Part shown: positions 21,094-30,939 of the stretch, piece by piece
Layout of the letters: every line of letters begins with the position of its first letter
How positions within the stretch are numbered: the first letter of the stretch is position 1
NCBI GenBank assembly: GCA_977017575.1
Contig: CDRNVI010000089.1
Span: 62,001-126,000, forward strand
DNA: 64,000 nucleotides
Direction of reading: 5' to 3'
Source of the DNA: Paramoeba atlantica
Taxonomy: Eukaryota > Protista > Discosea
The notes under the pieces: generated by a model
The model's input: only the letters and a program-made list of their open reading frames with translations
Databases searched by the model: none
Told to the model about the DNA's origin: nothing
Program-made: the position numbers and the translations under genes

Positions 21094-21267
21094 GGAGGAG
21101 AGGGGGGGGGCAGAGGGTAAGAAAAGGGAGAGAAACGTAGGGAAGAGTGAGATAAAGCAGATTGGTGAGGACCTTATTGGAGCGCGTAAATTTTCGTAAA
21201 GGGTAGAAGATATGATATTTGGTCATGAAAAGTATTAGATTTACGTCATTGTAGATTCAGCGAAAAG

Positions 21268-23982
21268 TCAGATATCCAGAATGCGTTTTATAGAAAGGTG
21301 ATAGAGTGCCATGCAAGATTCGTAGTGATCGACGAGAAATGAATCGCGTTCCTCCATGAAGGAGTAGTTGTGTTGCAAAATACGGCAAACGTTTGCAAAG
21401 TGTAGTGCTGTTTGACGTTCACGAACTTCTGCACCTTCTCTGCTTCGTGTTTGTCGTTGAAGATTGCGGAAATTCTCCAAGGCACTTTTTTCTTGTATGC
21501 TTTGATTCGCTTTCAACTGCTCCAGTTCATGCAAGACAATCCGATCAAAAGAATTCAAAGAAGCTATATAAAGATTTGTTTTTGTATCCCTCGCTTCTGT
21601 GTACAAGGCTGCCATATTGAAATGAATTAAGCCGCTATTTAGGATATGCGTAAACGCTTTGGCATCTGTCACTCGTGACCTTTCAGGAATTTTAGAGTGG
21701 GTGACAAAACTCGGGACAACGGATAGAACTTGGGAACTTGCTTCGTATTTACGCAGATTTTTCAGAAAAGATGCATTACGAGACTCAAGTTCACGAAGAT
21801 ATTGTTCTCTTGCCTGTAAATGTGCCTTAATTTTTCGCTCCACGTAATATTTCTGCGTCTCAAACAGTGACTCATGTTCAGCAAAGGCAGCGTGCAGCGC
21901 ATCCTGAGTGGATAAGAAATACTGGGCAATTTTGGATGCGGTTTCTAAAGAAAATGAATCCGTAGAAGATTTACTGACCTTGTTATTGACAGTCTGATTT
22001 CCGTAGTCCCTTTTAGAAATTTGCAATGTTGTTTCTTCGTTGTTCCACGGAATTCCTGAAACAGATTTGTCTTCTTCTGAGACCCAGCGCATGAGACCTC
22101 GTCGCACGGATTCTGAAAATAAGGAAGTACGGATGGTGGTGGTGTCGAGTTCTACGGTAGAGCATGTGTCTAAACTTTGGGCCGATGCACGGGACGTTAG
22201 CTGTCTACTCGGAGTGCTCATAGTGCTGCATGGAGGGAAAACATGTCCTATCTTTGAGGCCAGAAGAGGCGATGTAGGACCCGAGGTAGGGGAAGGGGCA
22301 ACCCAACGCATATTCCACAAAGTTGGGTGGGAGCTGGGTGCCTTTACTGCAACTGATAAAGGGTGTGTTGGAAGTGGATGCGTCATGATATTCGATGAAT
22401 GTGAACTTGCGGAACGCGAGACATGTAGAGAAACACTCGCGAGCATATAGTCACATTTTTCGAGCGTCAAGCGGTATAAGGCATCGATACCTGTAACGAT
22501 AACGGAGAGCGAAATTGAAGAAAGATCATGATCAGAAGATATCCATCGAGATTGAGACTGATCTCTATACTGTTGTCCATGAATGAAAGGATTCTTGTTA
22601 ACCGGAATAGAATTCTGTACTTCTCTTGGAAAAACGCTAAAAGCATAATAAAAAAATGTCGACAAATGGGGAGCAGAAGTCCTTGCAGAAGTGTATTTAC
22701 CAACCTCTCTTTCAGTTATACGGTAGATCACATCATTAACTTCGGTAGTGATTTGGTCTTGAATGAGCCGAAAGGAGTCAGAATGATAAGCGTTCGAGTA
22801 TTTTTCCAATTTCCATTCGTGCGGAAAGAATGGCTCCAAGGTTTTGTCCACAACATGATTTTGTTGTCTGCTAAGATATCTTCGTATATCATACAATTTG
22901 TTGAGTAGATGGCGGAGAAAGAGGATTCCAGAATCACTTTCAATTGAAGCAAGAGAAGAGCATACATAATTTTTGTTCACCTGTTGATTGCTACTGTCCG
23001 GAAGGTGTAGGATCTTCTGGTCCACATTGAGTTTTTCGTAAACTGTGGACTTGACCGAATCCAATGAAGGTGAAGCCTCGACCATTTGACATATTCGTAA
23101 CAAATCGTCCAAAATATTAGAAACTGAGAAGTGATTAGGATACCACGGCCTGATATGAATGATCATTGCTTCTCGTTCCGAGACAAGTCTTTGTTGCATC
23201 TCAATAGCGCACACTTCTTCTGACACTGTGAAAATTTGCTCGCTTCTGGCGTGCGAAAAGAGACTGCAAAGACGCGATATATGATCAACAACCTTAGAAA
23301 AACCATGCAGTAAGAGAAAGTGAGAATCAATTTTCGACGAAGAGACGGTGCGCGCTCGAACACATGAAGTTCCAACTCTTCCATACGTAGGAATGGAGTG
23401 CAATCGTGGAGAGTAATCATTCGGCTTTGAAAGCTGAAAGTTCTGTAAAATGGTTTTCTCTGTAAGGTCTTCATTTCGAGGAAATAATATGTGACCGCAC
23501 TCGTCTTCTATACATCGCCCCAATATTTGTACAATACGTGATGCATGTTCCACACTTCGGAAGCACAGATCGGGTTCATGAGATGCGGAACACATTCGAA
23601 GTAGAATGATGTCACGAGTTGGATCGAAAAGCATTTCAGTTATAGAGGAATAGGGAATAAACCTCGTTAGAGCAAGGCGATTCGTAAGCAGACTCGAATG
23701 ATGACGAAAAAGCGCCAAACTATTAGAGGTCAAAAGCAGAATTCTTGATTTCCATTTTTTGTAGCTTGTAAGCTTTTCAACATTTTCAAGTGCGTGCATG
23801 ATGACTTCGGAGGGGCGAATCTTCAGCAATTCTTCTAACATACCACTCATATTTTCAGGAGGAGCTATAAGAGGCAATGTAGACTTAGATGTCGTTCCTG
23901 TCACAGGCTTGAATAGCGAAGATCCATTCCTTTCAACACTGCTGTGCGTGTTAAAATGCGCCATAGTAGATCCCAAAGTCAC
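21268..23982 (-). CDS. Hypothetical protein (possible N-terminal PH-like region, C-terminal coiled coil)
   Basis: 904-aa ORF. VEKLTSYKKWKSRILLLTSNSLALF is PH/TH1-like (weak); the C-terminus is heptad-like. Confidence 0.7.
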   Translation of the reverse strand: MTLGSTMAHFNTHSSVERNGSSLFKPVTGTTSKSTLPLIAPPENMSGMLEELLKIRPSEVIMHALENVEKLTSYKKWKSRILLLTSNSLALFRHHSSLLTNRLALTRFIPYSSITEMLFDPTRDIILLRMCSASHEPDLCFRSVEHASRIVQILGRCIEDECGHILFPRNEDLTEKTILQNFQLSKPNDYSPRLHSIPTYGRVGTSCVRARTVSSSKIDSHFLLLHGFSKVVDHISRLCSLFSHARSEQIFTVSEEVCAIEMQQRLVSEREAMIIHIRPWYPNHFSVSNILDDLLRICQMVEASPSLDSVKSTVYEKLNVDQKILHLPDSSNQQVNKNYVCSSLASIESDSGILFLRHLLNKLYDIRRYLSRQQNHVVDKTLEPFFPHEWKLEKYSNAYHSDSFRLIQDQITTEVNDVIYRITEREVGKYTSARTSAPHLSTFFYYAFSVFPREVQNSIPVNKNPFIHGQQYRDQSQSRWISSDHDLSSISLSVIVTGIDALYRLTLEKCDYMLASVSLHVSRSASSHSSNIMTHPLPTHPLSVAVKAPSSHPTLWNMRWVAPSPTSGPTSPLLASKIGHVFPPCSTMSTPSRQLTSRASAQSLDTCSTVELDTTTIRTSLFSESVRRGLMRWVSEEDKSVSGIPWNNEETTLQISKRDYGNQTVNNKVSKSSTDSFSLETASKIAQYFLSTQDALHAAFAEHESLFETQKYYVERKIKAHLQAREQYLRELESRNASFLKNLRKYEASSQVLSVVPSFVTHSKIPERSRVTDAKAFTHILNSGLIHFNMAALYTEARDTKTNLYIASLNSFDRIVLHELEQLKANQSIQEKSALENFRNLQRQTRSREGAEVRERQTALHFANVCRILQHNYSFMEERDSFLVDHYESCMALYHLSIKRILDI

Positions 23983-24240
23983 GTTTCGCGACGAATAAAA
24001 TCTCGAATATTACAGAATTACCTTAACAAGAATTTGCAGAATGCTTAGGCCTTTTGTGCAATAAGAAGTTCCAAGACACATTGACTGTAAAAGTTCTCTT
24101 ATGGTAAGATTGTAATAGTCGGACAAAGGTTCTTGCATAAATGCTAAACTATAATTCGATTATAAATTTCTTTGTAAAATTTCATTCGATATCTCAGTGA
24201 TTCAAATACATCCGCGAAGTTCAGCAAAAAAGAATGAAAA

Positions 24241-24963
24241 TTATACTTGTGTATCATCTATTTCATCGCTTTCAAAATCGGATTCCGGAAAATCTTCTGC
24301 ACCGTCAAATAAAGACCAATCGGTGTTTCGCAAGGATGATTGAAACAGCTCACGACCAGTAAGTCTTTTATTGATACCATTTTCCTCTACAGACGACGAT
24401 CCCATCTCCTTGTCAAACTTTACTTTCCAGTCGGAAAATAATGCTGATGTACAAGGAGTACCTACCCGAATAGTAGGATCGTCCTTATGATCCAACATTT
24501 CACTTTCTTCCAAGGAATTCTCAGAGGGCTCCTCCTCCTCCGTGGCTGATACATTATCACAGCATGACAAAAGCGTGAGCACCGCAGGTGAGCCTAGCAT
24601 ATCGTTCGATAGACTTTGTAAACGACTTTGAAGCTCGAATTCTTTTTTTGTTGTCGTTTTCGACAATGAAAGAACAGATATCTTAACTACATCGTTCTCC
24701 GGATATTCAGAAGGGAACTCAAACCTTATTTGATGGACAGCAAGAGAAATGGTAAAACAAATCGGCGGAACGATGTGTAGAACACCATTCGAGGTGTTCA
24801 AGCTCAATAATGCTCGGGCATCCTCAATATTTAACTTGTCAGTAAGATCAGATTCCCACTCAGCGACAACTTCTTTAGTTTCACTAAGAATCAGAATTTC
24901 TTCAGGAAAAATCGAAAGAAGAGACTCAAGCTCAGAACATTGCAGTTCATAATTTAATCCCAT
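24241..24963 (-). CDS. RWDD1: RWD-domain protein (RWDD1/Gir2-like)
   Basis: ELESLLSIFPEE, FEFPSEYPE and LGSPAV, with a DFRP-like C-terminal LTGRELF and an acidic tail. Confidence 0.8.
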   Translation of the reverse strand: MGLNYELQCSELESLLSIFPEEILILSETKEVVAEWESDLTDKLNIEDARALLSLNTSNGVLHIVPPICFTISLAVHQIRFEFPSEYPENDVVKISVLSLSKTTTKKEFELQSRLQSLSNDMLGSPAVLTLLSCCDNVSATEEEEPSENSLEESEMLDHKDDPTIRVGTPCTSALFSDWKVKFDKEMGSSSVEENGINKRLTGRELFQSSLRNTDWSLFDGAEDFPESDFESDEIDDTQV

Positions 24964-25093
24964 AGTCTAGTATGTATTTTCTATAGAGGCATCTAAAACA
25001 TTAGCTCTAAAGTTTTATAAAAATTAGCAAAATGACATGCATCATAAAACCTAAGTCAAAACTAAAAACACACCTCGTTAAATACATGTCGCG

Positions 25094-26134
25094 TTATGCT
25101 TTTGAAAATGATTTGAAAGTATTCGAAAACCATGGAATAGAGGACAATTCAATATCATTGTATAGAGCACGAGGAACAGTATCAAAAGTTTGTTTTCTCA
25201 CAGGCGAAGGAGAGTCGTTGAAATCTTTATACGGACTGTTGTTTTCCCAATTGCTGCTTGAACATTTTTGAGGAGTACACTTTACACCAGTACCGACAGA
25301 ATCATCACCGTACTCCAGAGTTGTGTATTTATCGAGAAAATCTTCTTTTCGGAAACTTGGAATTGAAGTGGAAGCGGTAAATTGATTTAAACCAGGGACG
25401 AAATGTTTCGTCGGACTTACCGTTGAAGACTGTGAAGAAGGTTCCAAAATTTCTTTGTGCGGAAAAGTTATATATTTTTTTGATGCCCGTGTTCGCGCAA
25501 CATCGCCCGTTAGTCTAGAAGCATCTAGCCATAACTTAGGGGCTGCACGCTTGATTTCCAAGGAAGTACTTTCAAGCACATAAAAAAGAAGTTTAGAATA
25601 GGAATGCTCCGTATTATTAGTCTGTAACAAAGACTTCAAGATGTTTCGAGGTATTTGAATAGCTTTCCCGATTGCATCATCTGGAGAGTAACCAATTTGA
25701 GACGCCATATGCACTAATGCGTGCACTACACATGGATAATTGCCGGCTTCAGACGCGATAAGTCCAGCGATGAATTCAGTAAGTGGGCTACATTTTTCTA
25801 CACGTTTCGTCCGCGAGAGTACATCACCTTTGCTGCGTCGAAATTGAGCAATAGTACTCGAACCTATGGGCAAATGCTCTTTTTCCTGTTGCTGTGCAAG
25901 GTAACCATAATATGGTATCATTGAAATTGCGCTAGAGAGACCGTAATCACTGGATTGTACTCTACGAGCGGCGAGCGCGATACATATTTGTTCTGTTTTG
26001 GGGGAGTGAAGAATACGAAACCCTTTCCCCATACGTTTGTTCGAACGCTGAACAATCGAGTACAAATGAGAGGCCAGATCTAGAATGTCGTTCGGAACGG
26101 AGTAAGTCAAGGCGTTATTGATTTCGGAATTCAT
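25094..26134 (-). CDS. Hypothetical protein
   Basis: 346-aa ORF on the cluster strand; no confident domain. Confidence 0.65.
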   Translation of the reverse strand: MNSEINNALTYSVPNDILDLASHLYSIVQRSNKRMGKGFRILHSPKTEQICIALAARRVQSSDYGLSSAISMIPYYGYLAQQQEKEHLPIGSSTIAQFRRSKGDVLSRTKRVEKCSPLTEFIAGLIASEAGNYPCVVHALVHMASQIGYSPDDAIGKAIQIPRNILKSLLQTNNTEHSYSKLLFYVLESTSLEIKRAAPKLWLDASRLTGDVARTRASKKYITFPHKEILEPSSQSSTVSPTKHFVPGLNQFTASTSIPSFRKEDFLDKYTTLEYGDDSVGTGVKCTPQKCSSSNWENNSPYKDFNDSPSPVRKQTFDTVPRALYNDIELSSIPWFSNTFKSFSKA

Positions 26135-26335
26135 AATAGATCTTCAAAATGCATCAGCATACGGTATGTATAATGTATAGTACTTTCTATGCAGAACGAT
26201 GATGCACCATAAAAACAGTTCTACCTTTATAAAAAAAATAGTACTTTGAAATCAATAAATAGAAGCAAGCAAAAAATACCCAAATTGCGCAATGTTTTTG
26301 CGTATACTTTTAATTGAGTCTGTGCAACTCTTGGC

Positions 26336-26864
26336 TGTCACGAAACGTCACGCGTAGCCACATTATCCTGCTTTTTCAGGTCGCCGTAGTGGTCAAAAAT
26401 TGATCTTAAAAATTCAGAAATCGGAGGCCCAGACTCTATAGCCTATAATAGGGTGTGTCCAGGAAGGGTCATTTTTCGCTTTATTTCATGGAAGAAAATC
26501 TCTCCCACGACCGTCTTGATCCGCCACCCAGGTTGTCACCCAGAAGGCTTGATGATCGGGTGAATGTGAAAGCTACAGGGTTGTCCGGGTTGGCCGCTGG
26601 CTCCGCCAGAAGATTGCGCCTCCTTCGAGAAGTTGTAATTTGAAGGATGACACGTCAGGCCCCTCGGAGACGGTTGAGGATGCGAGGGCCGAATGCCTCT
26701 GCCAATTTCCGCTTGTTCGAGGCGGCACTGGCATGTTTAACAACTACGGGTACAGGATCTGCTCTGCGGACGTTCCGTGTCGCTCCTGCAGACCAGAAAG
26801 GGTATTCTAGCTAGGGCCTCGACTTGTCCTCGTAAAGCTCAATTTTGTCACGAAACGGCACGCG
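26336..26864. mobile_element. Approx. 510-bp GC-richer insert bounded by a 19-bp direct repeat
   Basis: TGTCACGAAACGTCACGCG at 26336-26354 and TGTCACGAAACGGCACGCG at 26846-26864. The interior has a stop-interrupted minus-strand frame. Confidence 0.45.
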
Positions 26865-27154
26865 ATGATAGCACAGACTCCAATGTTATGATCAAACATG
26901 AGGGAAGAAATGATAAAAAGATAGATAAAGTCCTGTAATCAGAAACATGAAGAATTCAACTATGATTTTAGATTTCACAATTTAGGTACTAATCCGACTA
27001 GTGAGTCTAAATGTGAAACTAGTCTTGCGAAAAGGCGGGTATAAACTAACTTTTCGTATCGAAATTCCACAAGTTACAAAGGTGTAGCTGCACTCAACTC
27101 GTCCTTTTCAGGTGCGCAGACGGAGAAATATCGTCTGTCTCCCAATTTAAAGTG

Positions 27155-28069
27155 TCATAGTCGGACAAAGTAAGGAGAATTCATTAGTTCGCGGTGCTCT
27201 TTCTGATTCCATGCCACGTAAGGATATTGGACAACGTATGAGGGACTAACAATCCAAAACTGAAGCGGTAGTATTTCTACCAATGGAGGAGAACAGCACG
27301 ATCGCGAATCGTGACTATCCACTGAAAAAGCTGTATCCGTACTTTCGCGTGTACCCGTGGAGCAGGATGATTGAGATGACTTTAATGTTCGGGAAGAACC
27401 AACGTTATCCCCCATTTTGGTTAAGATACGCGACCTAGTAAAGGCTACGGAATCCTCGTCATCAATACCATTTTCGTATCTACGTATTTCGAACCAACGT
27501 TCCAGATTTTTATTATCACTGATGGGAAAGAAAATCGAGGGATTCCAAGAGTTCTCTTCGCATTCTTTTAAAGCTAATGAATGCGCGGTAAATTTTGTCG
27601 ACATTTTGTCACAAATAATTCCAAGACTATTTTCGGTACTTGCAATAATGATGTCCGTTAGCGTGCGAGCTTTGACTTCTGGAACTTTTTGGGTGAAAAT
27701 TTTATTAGAGGTACAGGCGAAATTCCCATCTTTTTCTTCGACTTTATGATCTTCGAACACCTTTCGCATTCGTTGGGCTCTGATGTATCTCTCGACACAA
27801 AATATTATGCACGATTCTGTATCAAAATGCGACTTATCTTTTCCGCATATTTGAACGGTTGTCAAGTCGGAAGGTGAAAGCCCAAAACTTTGAAGGAAAG
27901 AAGTGTGATCTGAAGCTAAATCTGGATGCAGAAACACAGCATAACCTCGTTTCAAAACCTTTTTAACCCTTTTTATGGACGAATTTTGAGATGAACGAAA
28001 GCGGAAAGGGCAAACATAAAACCTTGAAGACAAAGGGAGTGTGAACGTGGGATGAAAGAGTCGAGGCAT
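27155..28069 (-). CDS. Hypothetical protein, possible mitochondrial presequence
   Basis: 304-aa ORF whose N-terminus is R/S/F-rich and lacks acidic residues. Confidence 0.6.
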   Translation of the reverse strand: MPRLFHPTFTLPLSSRFYVCPFRFRSSQNSSIKRVKKVLKRGYAVFLHPDLASDHTSFLQSFGLSPSDLTTVQICGKDKSHFDTESCIIFCVERYIRAQRMRKVFEDHKVEEKDGNFACTSNKIFTQKVPEVKARTLTDIIIASTENSLGIICDKMSTKFTAHSLALKECEENSWNPSIFFPISDNKNLERWFEIRRYENGIDDEDSVAFTRSRILTKMGDNVGSSRTLKSSQSSCSTGTRESTDTAFSVDSHDSRSCCSPPLVEILPLQFWIVSPSYVVQYPYVAWNQKEHRELMNSPYFVRL

Positions 28070-28154
28070 TACAAAGTTCGATAGTGCAAAGCGTACATTA
28101 TTGTGTGAGATAGTGTTGGTGCTTTAACCATGGAGAACATGCGTACGCTATTTA

Positions 28155-28843
28155 CTCCCCCCTCCATAAGTAATTATAAGTATAAATTATAACTTTTTTG
28201 AATTTATAATTATAATTATAATTACTTATGGATGTGAAACCGGTGAACCTGAAGGGGAGTAAAAGTTGTTATCTTAGATACTTGCCATCACAATTTTACA
28301 AATAAGCGCTTCAAATAGATAATCGTTCTAATCCTACGTCAGTAAGGTTATCAAGCTCATGAGGCATGTACGTTCTAGTGATTCTTCGGAACGTATATTG
28401 TCGATCACTTTGCCAAAGTGAGTTTCTAGAGCGCCTATAATTGTTTGACGTAGAACGCATTCATGCTCAAAAACGAGTTCATTGAACTTAAGAGTTTCAT
28501 CCAGAGCGTGCTCTCGGTCACTTTCACTCATTTCGAAAATGAAGCGAAACCAGAGAACGTTTTTCTCAACCCACCTTTTTGATGGTCTAACAACAACCGA
28601 AGTAAAGTCCACTAGAAAAATGGCCTTTGTGTCTTGCACAAGTTGTCACTGGCTTGCAGTGGCAGTACGCATGAGGTCCATTAAGTAGTGACAGGATTCT
28701 TTTCCTAAAACAAAAAAAATATCGATCGAATCGGTCGAAGTCGCATTTATAATTATAACTTATGAAAGACATAGGAATTATAAGTCATAAGGGAGTAAAA
28801 GTGCGAGTTCAAGGCGTATTTATAATTCTTAGGGAGGGGGGAG
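28155..28843. mobile_element. TA-flanked non-autonomous TIR element (Stowaway/Tc1-mariner-like)
   Basis: TA|CTCCCCCCTCC ATAAGTAATTATAA ... TTATAATTCTTAG GGAGGGGGGAG|TA. The outer 11 bp match perfectly and the imperfect IR extends to about 25 bp. Confidence 0.8.
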
Positions 28844-28859
28844 TAGTAAAAGAAATATC

Positions 28860-30139
28860 GGGCAATGCCCACTTATATTGCACCCTCTTTTCAAAATTTT
28901 GTACACAGTTTATTTTCTTACATTTCATTACATTCTTACATTTCATTTTCTTGTATAGTTTCTCACCCTCCAGTTGCCTAGAAATATTTGTCAGATAAAT
29001 TTTCAAAAATGTGTATCTGCGTAGACCTTCGATGCATTATTCGGTGGAAGAACGATGCAGATCTACCCGCGTGCTTCATTTCATTTTTGAAAGCTCATAG
29101 AGTTGTGAAAAATGAGCTCTGTGCTAGGAACTCATCACAAAAAACTATTCACTGTGCATCTGTTGGCGACGGAAGGGAGATAATAAGTGCCGAAAGCGTC
29201 TCTCGACATTGTTACCTTTTTTTCAGCAAAACAGAAAAAAAACCCAGTCGAAGTTCCTTTTTGGGTCAAGCTGTGACAGAGAGTTGAAATGGACAGCATA
29301 GCCTCCCAAAGTTGCGTAACTCAAAACACAGTTTTTAAAAGGAAGCGCGAGATACTGGGTTGGATTTCGAAGGCGGTGGCAAAGCGCAACGAGGAAACAA
29401 AATTTCATAAATGCGCAGCAGAAGAAACGTTTCTCTTCCCAAGAAAATATCATCGAGGTAGCGCGAATCGTAAAAAAACAATATGCATGGCCACCATCAC
29501 AGGTATCGAGAGAGAAGGGAGCTGTGGAAGAACTATATGGAAACGTGTCGAAAAGCGCGATGCCTCCACGCTACAGAATCTGATAAGGAAGTATACGGTA
29601 GACAGCTATCGGACCATCGTAAATACAGACGGATGGCGCGGCTACCGAGGACTAAGCGAAGTACGAGAGCACCGAACTGTGAACCACCGAAAAAGTGGTA
29701 AATACCGATTCGTCACAGAAAATGGGGTACATACCAACAACGCAGAATCTTGCCATTCGTCGGTCAAGCGTGTGATACGAAGGCAAGGAAGACTTTCTAT
29801 GGACACAGAAAAAGCTGAAAAGGTAGTTTCACTCTACACTCTATTTTTTAAGAAAATAATATGGCAACAACGTATGCGGGCTCTCTTCGTCGCCTTGAAG
29901 TCAGTAAATAATGAAGTGGAACTCGAAGACTTTGAGGAAACCGAAAAGTCTGGTGTTGAAACTCCATCGGATGCAACCAAAGAGGAACTAACCTTTAGCA
30001 TGCTGCAATATTTTTTGATGTAAAGTAAGAGGAAGGAGGAAGTGAGGTAAAGGGTGTATTGTTACCCTGGAGAAGAAAACATTTCAGTGCATTTGTATTA
30101 TTATTTTGAAAGTGGGTGTAATATAAGTGGTCTGTACCC
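28860..30139 (+). mobile_element. Merlin (IS1595/IS1016-related) DNA transposon, 1280 bp
   Basis: 8-bp TSD GAAATATC at 28852-28859 and 30140-30147. Imperfect TIRs of about 36 bp (GGG...CCACTTATATT(G/A)CACCC). Encodes a DDE transposase. Confidence 0.92.
29289..30023 (+). pseudogene. Merlin/ISXO2-like transposase, probably inactive
   Basis: RKYHRG, VNTDGWRGY, HRTVNH and GVHTNNAES. The first catalytic IDE motif reads AAEET, and the N-terminal ORF 28988..29287 is in a different frame. Confidence 0.85.
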
Positions 30140-30170
30140 GAAATATCATATTTTTTCGCATATTAAATTT

Positions 30171-30244
30171 CAACCAGTGTTCGGGTTATTATACCTGTGA
30201 GTTGCAATAGGTATCCATAGGTACAATAACCCGGACGGTGGTTG
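30171..30244. repeat. Imperfect 26-bp inverted repeat (hairpin or mini-MITE)
   Basis: caaccagtgttcgggttattatacct versus the reverse complement of aggtacaataacccggacggtggttg. Confidence 0.65.
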
Positions 30245-30458
30245 CTATCCACTTCCACGTCGAGCTTACCTACTGTAGAGTTGAACCTACTGTATGAAGA
30301 AATGAAAATCAATGGTGAGTCTGCGTAGCTAGGTGTATTATACTGTATCTAGGCTGTTAAAAACTTCCACCAATTTGGTAAAGAGTCTTTTAGAGAAGAA
30401 TACACCCAATGGTTTGCACCGTAAACACATCAAGTGTACACGTAAGTATGGCGTGCCT

Positions 30459-30881
30459 TCAGTACCCTTTTCCGTAGCGCACAGCATAAGCAGAAATATT
30501 TGACGGCGCATCTATATCGGGTGCGCAAGACATGTTTCGTATTGGAACTATATCATGAAAATCGTCGTGTGCTTTCCTAAAATGAGACGCTTTCATGTAG
30601 ACGTGATTAACCTTCAAGCGTTTTGAGGTATTTGTGGAATTATGCGATTTTGATTCTGTAGATGAAGAAACGGTTTTGTCTTGTGCAGACTCGAGTCCAC
30701 GTAAAACAAGTTCACTGAAAGAAAGAGTTCGCCGTCTGTCCCCGTTGTGGACAGATTCACTTGATATATCGGCACTATACATAGTTAAAAGTAAAGATAA
30801 AAGGAAATGAGGAGTATACATAAATGAGGTGTATAAATAAACTGTTCTGCAGAAAAAGTGTACGCAAAATACATAAAACAT
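30459..30881 (-). CDS. Hypothetical small protein
   Basis: 140-aa ORF on the cluster strand; the true start is likely internal (MYSADIS). Confidence 0.4.
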   Translation of the reverse strand: MFYVFCVHFFCRTVYLYTSFMYTPHFLLSLLLTMYSADISSESVHNGDRRRTLSFSELVLRGLESAQDKTVSSSTESKSHNSTNTSKRLKVNHVYMKASHFRKAHDDFHDIVPIRNMSCAPDIDAPSNISAYAVRYGKGY

Positions 30882-30939
30882 TTCAAAGAATTATTTAATG
30901 TCCAAAAGCTTTTAAGGGAGCCCATTTCAAGTTCAGAAA

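Noticed and set aside
20059-21226. Several overlapping ORFs (20059..20739 +, 20406..20714 -, 20800..21090 +, 20813..21226 -)
   Set aside because: These are by-products of the stop-poor GC/skew island; only 20152..21093 has recognisable homology.
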